Part shown: piece after piece, positions 19,608-34,701 of the stretch
Layout of the letters: each line of letters opens with the position of its first letter
Numbering within the stretch: the first letter of the stretch is position 1
Source of the DNA: an uncultured delta proteobacterium
GTDB taxonomy: Bacteria > Desulfobacterota > Binatia > JACPRU01
DNA length: 64,000 nucleotides
Direction: 5' to 3'
NCBI GenBank assembly: GCA_963745025.1
Contig: CAVUWD010000006.1
Coordinates: 160,001-224,000, forward strand
Made by a program: the position numbers and the translations under genes
Notes under the pieces: model-generated
Told to the model about the DNA's origin: nothing
The model's input: only the letters and a program-made list of their open reading frames with translations
The model's database searches: none

Positions 19608-19659
19608 CGGGCTACAGGTTATGGAACGGCACCACGAAGTCTGTTCCCGTAGCCCGTAG
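19608..19659. repeat. Heptamer-repeat hairpin between convergent lptG and argC
   Basis: cgggctacaggttatggaac ... gttcccgtagcccgtag. Confidence 0.7.
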
Positions 19660-19664
19660 TCTTC

Positions 19665-20696
19665 CTACGGCACCGCCGCGATTTGATCGAGCCCCGTCCG
19701 CTCGTCGAGACCGAAGCGCACGTTCAGGTTCTGTACCGCTTGGCCGGATCCTCCCTTGCCGAGGTTGTCGATCGCCGTGACGACGATCGCCAACGGCTTC
19801 GGGTCGAGAACCGTCCAGCCGATCTGCGCGAGGTTCGTGCCACGCACGTCGCGCACCTGCGGAAACTTCCCTTCCCCGAGAAGCTGTACGAATGGCTCGC
19901 TCGCGAAGCTCGACGCGAACGCGGGCGCGAGATCGGCGACCTTTCGGAGCGGAACGTAGAGCGTGCTCAGAATCCCGCGACGAATCGGCAGCAGGTGCGG
20001 CGTGAAGATCACGTCGGATCGGCAACCGGCGGCGGCGAGCTCCTGCTCGATCTCCGGCAGGTGGCGGTGGCGTCCCACGCTGTACGCGCGGACGTTTTCC
20101 TGGATCTCGCCGAACAAGAGCTCGGTCTTGGCGACTCGCCCTGCTCCACTCGCGCCCGATTTCGAATCGACCACGATCGGGCCGTCGCCGACGATCCCAG
20201 CCCGGACGATTGGCACCAGCCCGAGCAGTGCTCCGGTCGGATAGCAACCGGGCACGGCAATGATCCTCGCTAGGCGAATACGCTCGCGTGCAAACTCGGG
20301 AATACCGTAGACGGCGTCCGCCAAGAGTCGCGGTGCCGGATGGGCTCCGTACCAGCGCTGAAACTCCGCCGCATCCTTCAAGCGGAAGTCCGCGCTGAGA
20401 TCGAAGACGACGACGTCACTCTTCAAGGCCTCGACGATCGTGGCAGCAGCGGCGCCGTGCGGCAGCCCCGAGAACACGACGTCGACGCCTTCGGCCAGCC
20501 GACTACGATCGAGCTCTTCAAGCCGGAGATCGAGACGGTCGCGAAAGGCAGGATATACGTCGGCGAGGCGCTCGCCTGCATACTGTTCGGAGGTTGCACG
20601 GCGAATGTCGACTCGTGGATGGAGCGCGAGCAGCCGCAGCAGCTCGACCCCCATGTAACCGGTTCCCCCGGCGACGGCGACGCGAATCTTGGACAT
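19665..20696 (-). CDS. argC: N-acetyl-gamma-glutamyl-phosphate reductase
   Basis: GGTGYMG; DLSADFRL; PGCYPT; SGASGAGR; IDNLGKGGSGQAVQNLN. Confidence 0.97.
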   Translation of the reverse strand: MSKIRVAVAGGTGYMGVELLRLLALHPRVDIRRATSEQYAGERLADVYPAFRDRLDLRLEELDRSRLAEGVDVVFSGLPHGAAAATIVEALKSDVVVFDLSADFRLKDAAEFQRWYGAHPAPRLLADAVYGIPEFARERIRLARIIAVPGCYPTGALLGLVPIVRAGIVGDGPIVVDSKSGASGAGRVAKTELLFGEIQENVRAYSVGRHRHLPEIEQELAAAGCRSDVIFTPHLLPIRRGILSTLYVPLRKVADLAPAFASSFASEPFVQLLGEGKFPQVRDVRGTNLAQIGWTVLDPKPLAIVVTAIDNLGKGGSGQAVQNLNVRFGLDERTGLDQIAAVP

Positions 20697-20710
20697 GGCA
20701 ATTCACAAGA

Positions 20711-20786
20711 AGGCTACGGGCTGCGGGCTACAGGCTACAGGAAAAGGTCTGTTGTGCCTCTCCCGTAACCCGGAACCGGTAGCCGG
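20711..20786. repeat. Heptamer-repeat hairpin element
   Basis: ggctacg ggctgcg ggctaca ggctaca gg ... cc cgtaacc cggaacc ggtagcc, between rpsI and argC. Confidence 0.75.
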
Positions 20787-20791
20787 AGACG

Positions 20792-21190
20792 CTACCTCTT
20801 CGAGTACTGCGGACGCTTGCGGGCCTTGTGCCGGCCGTACTTCTTGCGCTCGACCTCGCGGGAGTCGCGAGTGAGGAAGCCTGCCTTCTTGAGCGGCAAA
20901 CGATGTTCTCCATCCGCCACCAAGAGAGCGCGGGTGATGCCGTGACGGAGCGCCTGGGCCTGCGCCGCGATGCCGCCGCCATGAACGTTGGCGATCACGT
21001 CGAAGCGGTTTCGCGTGTTCGTGACCTCGAAGGGCTGATGAACGACCATGCGCGAGGTCTCGCGGCCGAAGTAGTCCTCGAGGCTGCGATCGTTGATGTG
21101 GAATTTTCCCTCGCCCACCATCAATCGCACGCGCGCGACCGACGTCTTGCGCCGTCCCGTCGCCCAGAATCTTCCTTCCTGTTCCGCCAT
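20792..21190 (-). CDS. rpsI: 30S ribosomal protein S9
   Basis: [11 protein letters not shown]; [14 protein letters not shown]; PQYSKR. Confidence 0.98.
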   Translation of the reverse strand: MAEQEGRFWATGRRKTSVARVRLMVGEGKFHINDRSLEDYFGRETSRMVVHQPFEVTNTRNRFDVIANVHGGGIAAQAQALRHGITRALLVADGEHRLPLKKAGFLTRDSREVERKKYGRHKARKRPQYSKR

Positions 21191-21313
21191 TGCTTCCTTC
21201 CTCGCAGTCGCTGGAATCCTCAGCGCAGCCTCGCGGCCGCAACCAAAACGCGCCAGTATGGGATCTCGTATCTCATTTCTTCGTGCGAAACCGTCAAATG
21301 CCGCCCGAGTCGC

Positions 21314-21760
21314 TCAGCAGACCGCGGCCAGCGGTTCGGGTTGCTGTGCTTGATGCGGATGCTCGGCGCCAGCGTAGACTTTGAGCTTCGTCGCCAGAGC
21401 CCGCGAGAGACGATTCTTCGGCAGCATGCCCGCGACCGCCCGTTCGATGAGCCGCTCCGGATGGCGGGCGCGCAGCTCCTCCGCGCGAATCGAACGCACA
21501 CCGCCCGGGAAACCGGTGTGGTGATGATAGATCTTGCCGCTCTCCTTCTTGCCGGTGAGCTTCACCTTGGCTGCATTGATCACGATCACGAAATCGCCGC
21601 AGTCCACATGGGGCGTGAACGAAGGCTTGCCCTTTCCGCGGAGCAAATTCGCCGCACGCGTCGCGAGCCGGCCGAGCACGACTCCGTCGGCGTCGAGAAC
21701 GAACCACCGCCGATTCTTGAGAGCCTGTTCCTTCGGCATGTGCACGGTCGTCTTCTTCAT
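21314..21760 (-). CDS. rplM: 50S ribosomal protein L13
   Basis: LGRLAT; [16 protein letters not shown]; GMLPKNRL; HPHQAQQP. Confidence 0.98.
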   Translation of the reverse strand: MKKTTVHMPKEQALKNRRWFVLDADGVVLGRLATRAANLLRGKGKPSFTPHVDCGDFVIVINAAKVKLTGKKESGKIYHHHTGFPGGVRSIRAEELRARHPERLIERAVAGMLPKNRLSRALATKLKVYAGAEHPHQAQQPEPLAAVC

Positions 21761-21794
21761 ACGGGTTCCATCTCTTCGGTTGCTTCGACGAAAA

Positions 21795-21869
21795 CGGGGT
21801 CGACGGGACTCGAACCCGCGACCTCCTGCGTGACAGGCAGGCGTTCTAAACCAGCTGAACTACGACCCC
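21795..21869 (-). tRNA. tRNA-Asp(GTC)
   Basis: GGGGTCGTAGTTCAGCTGGTTTAGAACGCCTGCCTGTCACGCAGG. Confidence 0.96.
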
Positions 21870-21973
21870 TCGCATCGACTGCAATAAATACCCATGAGTT
21901 CATCGACAGCCGCTGCGGCTCGCTTCGCGACCATCGACTCCTGACTCTCGAATCGCCAACTCGGTTTCTCCAA

Positions 21974-22045
21974 TGGGCGGTATCCGATTCGAACGGATGA
22001 CCCTCTGCGTGTAAGGCAGATGCTCTCCCGCTGAGCTAACCGCCC
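21974..22045 (-). tRNA. tRNA-Val(TAC)
   Basis: GGGCGGTTAGCTCAGCGGGAGAGCATCTGCCTTACACGCAGA. Confidence 0.95.
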
Positions 22046-22082
22046 TATTCGTTTCGATCCCGCGCGGGACGCGAAACTGAGT

Positions 22083-22111
22083 TTCTTAACACCGGGCGGC
22101 GGCAGGGTCAA
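22083..22111 (-). promoter_or_regulatory. Putative sigma70 promoter for tRNA-Val/Asp-rplM-rpsI
   Basis: Minus strand TTGACC-17 nt-TAAGAA with a TG extended -10. Confidence 0.5.
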
Positions 22112-22117
22112 CGAATT

Positions 22118-22192
22118 GGCTTCGGGCTTTCGGGATTCGGGCGGCAGCAAAGGCTCGAGAAAGATCTTGCTAGCCCGACACCTGAAGCCCGA
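22118..22192. repeat. Heptamer-like repeat hairpin element downstream of HU
   Basis: ggcttcgggctttcgggattcggg ... tagcccgacacctgaagcccga. Confidence 0.65.
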
Positions 22193-22468
22193 TCAGATGC
22201 GCAACGCTTCCTTGAGACTCTTCCCGGTCTTGAACTTGGCGGAGCGCGAAGCCGGGATCTCGATCGGCTCTCCGGTCTTCGGGTTACGGCCCGTCCGCGC
22301 CTTGCGCGTGGACACCGTGAACGTGCCGAACCCCGAGATGTTGACCTTTTCGCCCCTCTTGAGCGCTTCGGTGACGTCGCTCAGCAGAAAATCGACGAGC
22401 TCTTCGGCACGCGGGCGCGTCATCTCCGCCTTGGCAGAAAGCCGCTCGACCAGGTCCGACTTCGTCAT
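22193..22468 (-). CDS. hup: HU family DNA-binding protein
   Basis: MTKSDLV; ISGFGTF; [13 protein letters not shown]; canonical position after lon. Confidence 0.93.
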   Translation of the reverse strand: MTKSDLVERLSAKAEMTRPRAEELVDFLLSDVTEALKRGEKVNISGFGTFTVSTRKARTGRNPKTGEPIEIPASRSAKFKTGKSLKEALRI

Positions 22469-22482
22469 CGTACCCCCTTCCC

Positions 22483-24957
<2,475 letters not shown>

Positions 24958-24989
24958 AGACATTCGTTTCCTCGGCCCTCGACCGACGC

Positions 24990-26248
<1,259 letters not shown>

Positions 26249-26257
26249 CGGCGCCCC

Positions 26258-26861
26258 CTAGACCTTCACCTTGCCCGGCCGGGTCACGATGACCTCGTCG
26301 ACGAGCCCGTACTCGACCGCCTGCTTCCCGGTCATGAAGAAGTCGCGGTCGGTGTCCTTCTCGATCTTCTTGAGGCTCTGCCCGGTGTGCTTGACGAGGA
26401 TGTTGTTCATCTGCTCGCGCAGCGCGCAGGATCTCGCGCGCCTGGATGTCGATGTCGGTCGCCTGCCCCTGCACGCCGCCGAGCGGCTGGTGGATCATGA
26501 TGCGCGCGTGCGGCAGCGCAAAGCGCTTGCCCTTCGCCCCGGCCGCCAGCAGCCACGCCGCCATGCTCGCCGCCTGCCCGAGGCAGAGCGTCGACACCTC
26601 CGGCCGGATGTACTGCATGGTGTCGTAGATCGCGAGGCCGGCGCGTCACCGAGCCGCCCGGGCGAGTTGATGTAGAGGTAGATGTCCTTCTCCGGGTCCT
26701 CGGACTCGAGGAAGAGGAGCTGGGCGACGATCAGGTTGGCGACGTCGTCGTCGATCGGCGAGCCCGAGGAAGACGATGCGGTCCTGCAGCAGCCGGGAGT
26801 AGATGTCGTAGGCGCGCTCGCCCCGACCGGTCTGCTCGATGACGATCGGAACTAGGTTCAT
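26258..26861 (-). CDS. clpP: Clp protease proteolytic subunit ClpP; frameshifted
   Basis: [23 protein letters not shown]; GQAASMAA; [10 protein letters not shown], split over several frames. Confidence 0.92.
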
Positions 26862-26893
26862 GCGCGGGTTCGCCTTGTCTCCGCATACGAAGG

Positions 26894-28228
26894 TTAACCT
26901 TTTTCGGCTGTCGGAGCAACGACGTTCCCCGCCACCTCCGCCACCTCGATGTCCTCGATACGCGCCGAAGCGACGACTTGCTCCAGCGCGCGCTCACGAG
27001 CAATCCGGCCACGCAGCTCGGCGCGGGCGGCGGGATCGCGGTAGGCTTCGCGCAATCGCGCCGCCTGCTCTCCGGCGCGCGCTACCAGATCGGAGATGCG
27101 GCTGTCGACGTCACCCTCGGCAACTTCGATGCCGTTTTGCGTCGCGAGCGCATCGAGCGCGAGCACGGCGCGCACCTGCCGCTCCGCGCGCGGACGATAC
27201 TCGTCACGCAGCTTCTCCAGCCGCTGCGAATCACGCTCGAGCTCCGCGCGCTGCTCTCCCATGCGCGCAAGCAGATCTTCGATGAACGAGTCGACCTGGC
27301 GCTCGACGAGCGACTTCGGGACCTCGAATGCGTTGCGCGTCACGAGCTCCTCGATCAGCTGCTCGCGAACCTGCTCGTCCGCCTCACGACCGAAAGACTC
27401 TTTGAGCCGCTCGCGGAGCTTGCCACGCAGGTCCTCGAGCGTCGAGCACTCGCCGTGCTCCTTGGCGAGCTCGTCGTCCGCACGCGGCAGGACTTTCTCG
27501 CGTATGCCGCGCAGCGCGAGCTCGAAGCGCACCGTCTTGCCAGCGACGGCGTGATCCCCATGCTCCTTAGGGAATTCGACCTCGACGTCGTTCTGCTGGC
27601 CGACCTTCGCACCGATGAGCGCACGCTCGATCTCGGCGGGCACCGCGCCCTTGCCGAGCACGACGAGACGGTTCTCGCGCTTGCCGTTCGGGAGCGGCTT
27701 GCCATCGACCGAGGCCACGTAGTCGATCGCGACGAAGTCGCCCTCTTGCGCCTCGTCGCGACCCTCGAGGGGCCGCAGCTCGGCGAGCGACTCGCGAAGA
27801 TGGTCGACCGCGCGATCGACGTCGTCCTCCGAAACCACGCGACGTGGACGCTTTGCGGGCAGACCACTCGAATCGGCGATCTCGATCTTCGGAAGCACAT
27901 CGATAGTCGCGCTGTAGCGCAGCGGCTTTCCCGCCTCGATCGTCTCCGGAACGATCTCTGGAGGACCGACCGGACGGAGGCCCGTCTGTTTGACGGCGTC
28001 GGAATAGGAGTGCTCGATCAGATGCGAAAGAACGTCGGTTCGGACCTGGTCACCGAAGAATCTCTCGAGCACCGCTCGGGGGGCGTGGCCGGGCCGGAAG
28101 CCTTTGAGCTTGGCCTGACGTTGCACGCGACCGAAGGCGCGGTCGATCTCCGCGGTGACAGCATCGACCGGCACCTCCACGGCGAGCTTCCGCCGCGTCG
28201 CATTCAGTTCCTCGATTGTCACCTGCAT
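26894..28228 (-). CDS. tig: Trigger factor
   Basis: MQVTIEEL; GFRPGHAP ribosome-binding motif; FKBP-like middle domain; upstream of clpP. Confidence 0.95.
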   Translation of the reverse strand: MQVTIEELNATRRKLAVEVPVDAVTAEIDRAFGRVQRQAKLKGFRPGHAPRAVLERFFGDQVRTDVLSHLIEHSYSDAVKQTGLRPVGPPEIVPETIEAGKPLRYSATIDVLPKIEIADSSGLPAKRPRRVVSEDDVDRAVDHLRESLAELRPLEGRDEAQEGDFVAIDYVASVDGKPLPNGKRENRLVVLGKGAVPAEIERALIGAKVGQQNDVEVEFPKEHGDHAVAGKTVRFELALRGIREKVLPRADDELAKEHGECSTLEDLRGKLRERLKESFGREADEQVREQLIEELVTRNAFEVPKSLVERQVDSFIEDLLARMGEQRAELERDSQRLEKLRDEYRPRAERQVRAVLALDALATQNGIEVAEGDVDSRISDLVARAGEQAARLREAYRDPAARAELRGRIARERALEQVVASARIEDIEVAEVAGNVVAPTAEKG

Positions 28229-28276
28229 GCGTGTCGTTCTTCCTCTCTCGAGCCAACTTCGATCGCGGGCGCTTAG

Positions 28277-28358
28277 TGCGAGAGGGGGGATTTGAACCCC
28301 CATCCCTTACGGGGCCAGATCCTAAGTCTGGTGCGTCTGCCAGTTCCGCCACTCTCGC
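28277..28358 (-). tRNA. tRNA-Leu(TAG)
   Basis: GCGAGAGTGGCGGAACTGGCAGACGCACCAGACTTAGGATCTGG; variable arm. Confidence 0.95.
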
Positions 28359-28568
28359 GCTCGGCCTTCGACCCTCGTTTCATCGTATTTAACTTCTCGT
28401 CTGTCGAAAGCAAGTTGGAACGTCGTTCGCGCCGCGTCGTCACGCCGGCTCACGGCGAAAGCGGGGCAGTCCGCGCGCGAGTCTCTTCGTCTTGCTTTCG
28501 AGAATTCACCGTGTTAGCCGACTTCGGTCGGGTGCGGAGCCCGAGAATCGAAATGGAGATCGGACTCG

Positions 28569-28642
28569 CGGGGTGTAGCGCAGCCTGGTAGCGCACCTGC
28601 CTTGGGCGCAGGGGGTCGGAGGTTCAAATCCTCTCACCCCGA
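28569..28642 (+). tRNA. tRNA-Pro(TGG)
   Basis: CGGGGTGTAGCGCAGCCTGGTAGCGCACCTGCCTTGGGCGCAGG. Confidence 0.95.
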
Positions 28643-28672
28643 TCTTCGCAGCCGCTCCGTCGTCTCTACGCC

Positions 28673-28746
28673 GCGCCAGTAGCTCAGTTGGATAGAGCAA
28701 CGGCCTTCTAAGCCGTAGGTCGGGGGTTCGATTCCCTCCTGGCGCG
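28673..28746 (+). tRNA. tRNA-Arg(TCT)
   Basis: GCGCCAGTAGCTCAGTTGGATAGAGCAACGGCCTTCTAAGCCGT. Confidence 0.96.
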
Positions 28747-28865
28747 TATTCTCGATTCCGACGTAGATTCGGTCCGCACCAGACTCTCGACAAGCCCCAG
28801 GGCGATGCGTAAAGAGCATGGTTACGCGACGCAGGGGATAATCGTCGACGATCTCTCGCGTGGAT

Positions 28866-28938
28866 GGTGAGTGTAGCTCAACGGTAGAGCATTGGACTGT
28901 GGCTCCAAGGGTTGTGGGTTCAAATCCCATCACTCACC
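28866..28938 (+). tRNA. tRNA-His(GTG)
   Basis: G-1 plus GTGAGTGTAGCTCAACGGTAGAGCATTGGACTGTGGCTCCAA. Confidence 0.95.
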
Positions 28939-29001
28939 CTTTGTCTCCTCGGAGCGCCAGTAGACGAATCGATTCGTACTATATAGAGGATAAGGGTTGA
29001 C

Positions 29002-29074
<73 letters not shown>

Positions 29075-29075
29075 T

Positions 29076-29104
29076 AAAAAAGGCCAGGTCATCCTGGCCT
29101 TTTT
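29076..29104. terminator. Bidirectional rho-independent terminator
   Basis: AAAAAA-GGCCAGG-TCAT-CCTGGCC-TTTTT after tRNA-Lys, facing the convergent glycosyltransferase operon. Confidence 0.9.
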
Positions 29105-29231
29105 CTTTGTCTGGCGCCCTGTGGCCACGCCGCCGCTGCTTCTCTTGCCGAATACCGTTCGTCGGTTAACTTCGAGCCCCCTCCGATCCACGGCTCGTAG
29201 ACGGGCAGGAACCTTCTGCGCCTTTGCGCCT

Positions 29232-31796
29232 TCAAGGAACGCTCCCAACCGTCACCGAATCGCCCGCCGCAATGATGCGGCAGAAGGGCGCGGTGCGCGG
29301 GCCCCACCAGCGGCCGACCCTAACGTGACGCCGCGAGTGCGGTACCCAGACGCCGACCTCCGCATCGTAAGTTCCGTCCGCCGCAAGCGTAAGAACGCGG
29401 CGGTCCTTGACGATTTCACCCGCGAGCCAACCGGTAGTGGTGCGCGGCGCGCCGAGTAAGGAATCGTCCTGCAAAGACTGATTGGCTGCGCGCAGGCGCA
29501 CGTACGAAGCGTATTCCTCGTCCATCGATCGCATCGCTTGCCAGTAATAGCTGATCTCGACCCGGCGCGAGCCCAAGGCCCGCCAATCGTATCCGAGGAG
29601 CTTCAAGTCGCGTCCGAAGCGCCAGCCGAGCGGAATCCGCGGCCGAAAACGCGCGGCGTCGAGGCGCTCGATCTCGCGCGCCTTCTCGGCTTCGCCGAGC
29701 GACCGATAGAGACGGCTAAGCCCAACGAGGGCCGCATCGTTCTCAGGTTCGAGCAGGCTTTGCAGGCGCAGGCGGCGCTCGGCGAGCGCAGGCGACGTCG
29801 GATCGGCGAACTCGGGCTCGACGAAAGCCACGCCCTCGGCGCCGCGGCCATACACGCCGAGCTCGCCGATGGACCACGCGTACTGGCCTTCCCCTTCGAG
29901 GCGCGTCAGTCGCACGAACCGAGCGGTCATCGGAGGGAACAGCACGTCCTGTCGCGCGCGGACGACGGTGGTGATTTGGCCGCTCCGCTCGAAGGAAAGC
30001 GGCAAGCCCGCCTCGGCCTCTTTCACGAGGCGCCAGTCGAGACCGTCTGTCGACGACTCGACGCGAAGCCTGACGAAGCCGTCGTGGGCGCGCTCGCCGC
30101 CGTCCAAGAAGACGCCGTTGACCGTCTCGAGCCGGCCTAGGTCGAGCGTTATCGAAGGGGCGGGAATCTCCGGGGGAACGGACCAGTACGTCCAGGGATC
30201 GCCGTCGATCACTTGTTCGGCCGCCGCGCTGTCCACGCTCGCGGTGATCTTCCAACCGCCGCGTCGTAGCGGCGCACGTGGTACACCGTCGTAGCGGATC
30301 GGCCAGTGGATGGCATAGCCTGGGGCATTCTTCACGGAGGCCTGGGCGTTCAGCGCGGCGAGCGTTGGCCCCGCCGGGGGCGCGCCCTGGCGGACGATGA
30401 CCGCGGGGTCGCGAAACTCCACCTCGTCCAGTGGATAGTGAGCGGCGCCATAGTCGGTGAGCACCACGCGGTCGTGCGTGAGGTACGTGGTGATCGTCGC
30501 ATCCGCGTAGTCCGCATAGCCGAAACGGACGCCGGTCTGCAGCAGCGCGTGCGCGAGCTTGTCGACCGGGCCGATGGCGCCCGGGCGCTCTCGCGACTTC
30601 TTGAAGCCGGCGCCGAGCGCGAAGATCTGTGCGCCGTAGAGCAAGATCAATCCGCTCAGTGCCATGACGCCTAAGGCCCGCGACCGGTTGGTCAACCAGG
30701 CCAACGCACCCGCGAGCAGCACCAGCGTCGAAGTGACGATCGGCAGCAGGTAGCGGGGGACGTGGAAGCGCCCCGGAAGGCCGACGGAGTAGATCGCCAC
30801 CATCGCGACGATGAGCAACACGAGCGCGAGGATCGGTTCGCTGTCCCGCACCCGCCCGCGCAACAGCGCTCCCCAAGATCGACGCAGGCCGACGATCAGG
30901 GCAATCGCGGCGATCGCTGAGCCTGCCGTCAACGCCCCCCCGAGCCAGCCGTAGACGAACCGGCCGTCGAGATCCCGAAATCCGAGCAGCATGGGAATCG
31001 CGCCCCGGATCGCGAAGTCGAAGGCGATCGCGCGACTCTCGGCCGTCTGCACGCCGCTCACGAACGAAAACGTCGGGAAGCCGTGCTGGATGTTGTAGAT
31101 CCAGAAGGGGAGACTGCCGAGCAGGAAGAACGCGAGCATCGGCACGAACGCGGACCGCAGCGGCAACCGTGGATCGTGCAGCCAGAGATAGACGCCGACC
31201 ACGGCGAAATACGGGAAGACGAGCCAGTTCGTCCAGAACGCGAGGCCGGCGACGAAGGCGATTGCGTCGAGGTGTCGGCGCTCGGAGTCGGTGGTGAGGG
31301 CGCCGTGGGTGACCCGCAGCACGAGCCAGAGAAGGATCGTGCCGAGCGCGAGCGTCTCGGGATAGTCGCCGCGGGGCGCGATCTGCTGGTACTGCACGTA
31401 GGGCGGGGCGACGGCGAGGAGCCAGGGCGCGATCGCTCCGGCAAGCTCGCCGGCGCACCGGCGGGCGACTCGACTGAGAGCGATCGCGAACAGCACGTAC
31501 CAGGGAAGCAGGCCCATCGAGAGCGTCACGTCGTTGACGCCGAAGAGCGCGAAGAACGGCGCCACCCCGAGAGCTTCGAGCGAGCCCATGTAGGCCTGTC
31601 CCCAGTAGAACGTGTAAAACTTGCCGGAGAGCGCATGCATGGCCATCAGCGCGATGACGGCGCTGTCGCTCCAGCTCTTGCCGTTTGCCGCGAAGGAAAG
31701 CGCGATGCGGATTGCCACGCCGACCACGATCGCGGCGATCAGAGAAGCGAGGGAAGCGCGATGGCCGCGAAGCGGGTTGCCCGGGAACTTCGTCAC
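29232..31796 (-). CDS. GT-C fold (ArnT/PMT-like) membrane glycosyltransferase with F5/8 type C (discoidin) domain and C-terminal beta-sandwich
   Basis: GTG start overlaps the upstream stop; SDSAVIALMA..FYWGQAYMGSLE, about 11-13 TM segments, PRYLLP; then IDGDPWTYW...ITLDLG...SSTDGLDW...ARFVRLT...WSIGEL. Confidence 0.75.
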   Translation of the reverse strand: MTKFPGNPLRGHRASLASLIAAIVVGVAIRIALSFAANGKSWSDSAVIALMAMHALSGKFYTFYWGQAYMGSLEALGVAPFFALFGVNDVTLSMGLLPWYVLFAIALSRVARRCAGELAGAIAPWLLAVAPPYVQYQQIAPRGDYPETLALGTILLWLVLRVTHGALTTDSERRHLDAIAFVAGLAFWTNWLVFPYFAVVGVYLWLHDPRLPLRSAFVPMLAFFLLGSLPFWIYNIQHGFPTFSFVSGVQTAESRAIAFDFAIRGAIPMLLGFRDLDGRFVYGWLGGALTAGSAIAAIALIVGLRRSWGALLRGRVRDSEPILALVLLIVAMVAIYSVGLPGRFHVPRYLLPIVTSTLVLLAGALAWLTNRSRALGVMALSGLILLYGAQIFALGAGFKKSRERPGAIGPVDKLAHALLQTGVRFGYADYADATITTYLTHDRVVLTDYGAAHYPLDEVEFRDPAVIVRQGAPPAGPTLAALNAQASVKNAPGYAIHWPIRYDGVPRAPLRRGGWKITASVDSAAAEQVIDGDPWTYWSVPPEIPAPSITLDLGRLETVNGVFLDGGERAHDGFVRLRVESSTDGLDWRLVKEAEAGLPLSFERSGQITTVVRARQDVLFPPMTARFVRLTRLEGEGQYAWSIGELGVYGRGAEGVAFVEPEFADPTSPALAERRLRLQSLLEPENDAALVGLSRLYRSLGEAEKAREIERLDAARFRPRIPLGWRFGRDLKLLGYDWRALGSRRVEISYYWQAMRSMDEEYASYVRLRAANQSLQDDSLLGAPRTTTGWLAGEIVKDRRVLTLAADGTYDAEVGVWVPHSRRHVRVGRWWGPRTAPFCRIIAAGDSVTVGSVP

Positions 31797-34590
31797 GAAG
31801 CGACCCGGACCGTGAATGCGCGCACCTCGTCGGGTCCGAACCACCCGCGGCGCAGGTGGCGCCGGTGAGCTGGGTCCCACAGTCCGACGGTCGCTGTGTA
31901 TTCGCCGGCTGGAACGTTTCCAGGCACCGTCGCGGTGAACTCGTCGCGGACGATCTCTCCCTTCACCCACTGCGACGTCGGCAGCCGACCACGAGCCGGC
32001 GAATGGTCGGCCTGGAAGTGAGACGGCCCCGTGAAGTGCACGAACACCGCGTAGTCTCGACCCACGCGCTCGACGCACTTCCAGAACAGCGGGACGGTGA
32101 AGGTGCCGCCGGGCTTCACTTCCGCGGGCAGCGGGCCGTAGCCGAGCAGGTCTACGGCGCCGAAGTCCGCTTCGAGTGGCGTCACCGGCGTGAAGCGCTC
32201 CTGCCGCAACGCTTCGAGACGGTCGCGCTCCGCGTCGTCTGCCGCTTGCGAAAGCACGCGATCCACGCAGAGTGAGTCGAGCGTGTCCTCTTCTGCGCAC
32301 GCCCTGAACTCACGCGAGGCGAGATCGCCGAGCCCGAGCGACTGGTACCGCAGCCCGTCGTGGCCGCTCGGCTCGCCGCCGACGAAGCCGTTGATCCACA
32401 GGGCCCGCGCCAGCCGATAGCTGAACTCGACGTTGTCCGGGTCGGCGCGGATCGCGCGCTCGTAGTCAGCGATCGCCTCGCTCCAAGGCGTGGTATCCGC
32501 GTCGGGCGCGAAAGCGGCGTGGATCGAATGGTAGTTGATGCCCATGAAGCCCCGCCGCTCTGCGAGCATCCCTTGGAGGAAGTCAGACAGGCCCGCAGTG
32601 GTCTCGGGCACGTCCGCGGCGCGCACGAAGATCTCGGCCACGGACCAGTCCCAGCCGACACTGTCTTGCAGCAGCCGCACGCGAAGGTGACGAGCCTCGA
32701 CCGGCTCGAAGTAGAACGACGCCCGCCCGTCGTCGTCGTGCTTGGGGTGTCCGTTCCACCAGTACCAGGGCAGGGCGACGAGGCGCTGCCGCACGGTCCA
32801 CGTCGCTCCGTCGAGCGAGGTCTCCACCACGGCTTCCCCCGGCAGGTCGTGAATGCGCACGCCCGCGAGCAGATGGACCTCTTCCACGCGGTGCACGCGC
32901 GCCGAGGTCGACGGCGATCCAATCCTCGGCGCGTCCGACCCGATTCGTCGACCACACCGTGAGCGGGTCACGATCGACGATGGCCTCCACGCGTTCCGCT
33001 TCGGTGGACGCGCTGAGCTTCCACTCCGCGGGGGAAAGCCATCCCCCCGAGCGCTGCGGCCGCTGGAAATCGTAGAAGATGACGTACGGCCCGGCCTCTG
33101 CGCGCCGGTAGCGGCCGTCAAGGACGCGCAGCGAGCGGCTGACGTCCTCGGGCGAAGGGATCTTGAGCACCTTGTGCGTGACGATCGCTGCCGAGGAGGC
33201 GTCGTCCACGGCGTCGAGGTACGGCTCGTAGGGGATGCCGTAGTAGTCGGAGACGATGATGCGCTCGCGCGAGGCGAGCGTCAGCGGCAGCGAGATGCGG
33301 TCGTGGGCATAGGCGCGGGTGATGCCGAGTCGTTCGAGCGCGGCCACTCCGAGTCGCGCGCCGTTGTCGTGCAAAGGCTTTGCCCATTCGGCGTAGTGGC
33401 GGCGGTCGTTGATTCCGGGCAGGACCATCACTACGAGCAGCGCCGCCGCAGCGGTTCGCGAGCGGCGTCCGAGCATCGCCACCGCCCCTCCGACCAGGAT
33501 CGGCAGGGGGAAGCACATGGGGATCAGATAACGAGAGAAGCCGGCGCTCACTCCCCAGCGGCTCTTGGAATAGAGGATCGCGGTGGTCGCCACGAGCACG
33601 AGCAGCATGCCGCAGCCGACGCGCGCGGCACGCTCCGCGCGAAGCCACTGCCAGATCGCGAACAGCATCAGCACGACGAACAAGAGTTGTCCTACGTACG
33701 AGCCACGGCCAGGCGCTCGGGGGGTTCGTCCAGAACTGAGTGTTCGCCGCCAGCAAGCTGCCGATCGACTCCCAGAAGCCTTCGACCGACGCCTCGATCG
33801 GTCGCGCCGCGTAGTCGGACGAGGTGAAGTTGCGCAGCACGATCCAGTGGAAGACCGCGTTCCAGCCGATCAGCGGCGCGGCGCCGATAGCCATGCCGAG
33901 GGCGAGGCGCCAGGCATCGGCGCGAAGGAACGAGCGGCCCGAGACCGCGATGAGCGTCGCGCCGACCGCCGCCACGAAGCAAACGCCGAGCTGATGGCAC
34001 CACACGGAAGCGCCGAGCATAACGCCCGCGAGCCAGATCCAGCGCGGACGCGCCGGCGCGCTGACGAGATGTTGCAACGCGGCGAAGCAGCCGAGGCCGC
34101 CGAGGGTGACGAATAGCGCGTAGGAATTGACGTCGTAGAACGGGAAGTAGGCGGGGGCGAGCGCGAGGTAGACAAGTGTGGCGATCCCCGCCGTATCACC
34201 CCACAAGCGCCTCGCGAAGAGGTAACCCGCGAGGGTGCCGAGGAGGTTCAGACCGACGCTGACCCAGCCGTAGGTGCGAATCGGATCGCCGCCGAGCGCG
34301 TAGAAGGGTGCCAACAGGTACGAGAACACGGTGCCGTGATAGGGTTCGCTCCAGTTCATCACCGGGGTCTCGCCGCGCAGGATGGCGAGGGCTTCGAGGC
34401 CCATCGGTGCGCGCTCATACTGGATCTCCTCGAAGTACGGCGAGTCGAGCATCGCGACGCGCGACGCGGCCACCGCCGCGAAGCCCGCGAGCGTGGCGAG
34501 CGCCACGAGCAACACTCGGCCTCTCCGCCCCCGTGCCTCAGCGAGGACCAGCAGCCCCGCCGCCATCGCCCATGAAGCTCTTGGTCTCAT
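31793..34590 (-). CDS. Paralogous GT-C glycosyltransferase with discoidin and TPR-like domains; two frameshifts (about 33700 and 32900)
   Basis: Joined from ORFs 33118-34590, 32583-33683 and 31793-33121: TM region, SRYLIP, VDRDPLTVW..IAVDLG, SLDGATW, ARHLRVRL..WSVAEI, YERAIRADPDN. Confidence 0.65.
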
Positions 34591-34701
34591 CGAGCGTTGG
34601 TCAAGTCGAGGCCCGGGTTACCGAGTCGTCCGGCGACATCGTGAGCCGCGTGCAAGGCGAATGACCGAGACGAGGGAGGGCGGGCCACGGGCGACACGTT
34701 C

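Noticed and set aside
32890-33720. Phase variation in the middle glycosyltransferase
   Set aside because: One break is near a G6 run (about 33719-33724), but the tract is short and the second break lies in a GCGCGC context; sequencing error is at least as likely
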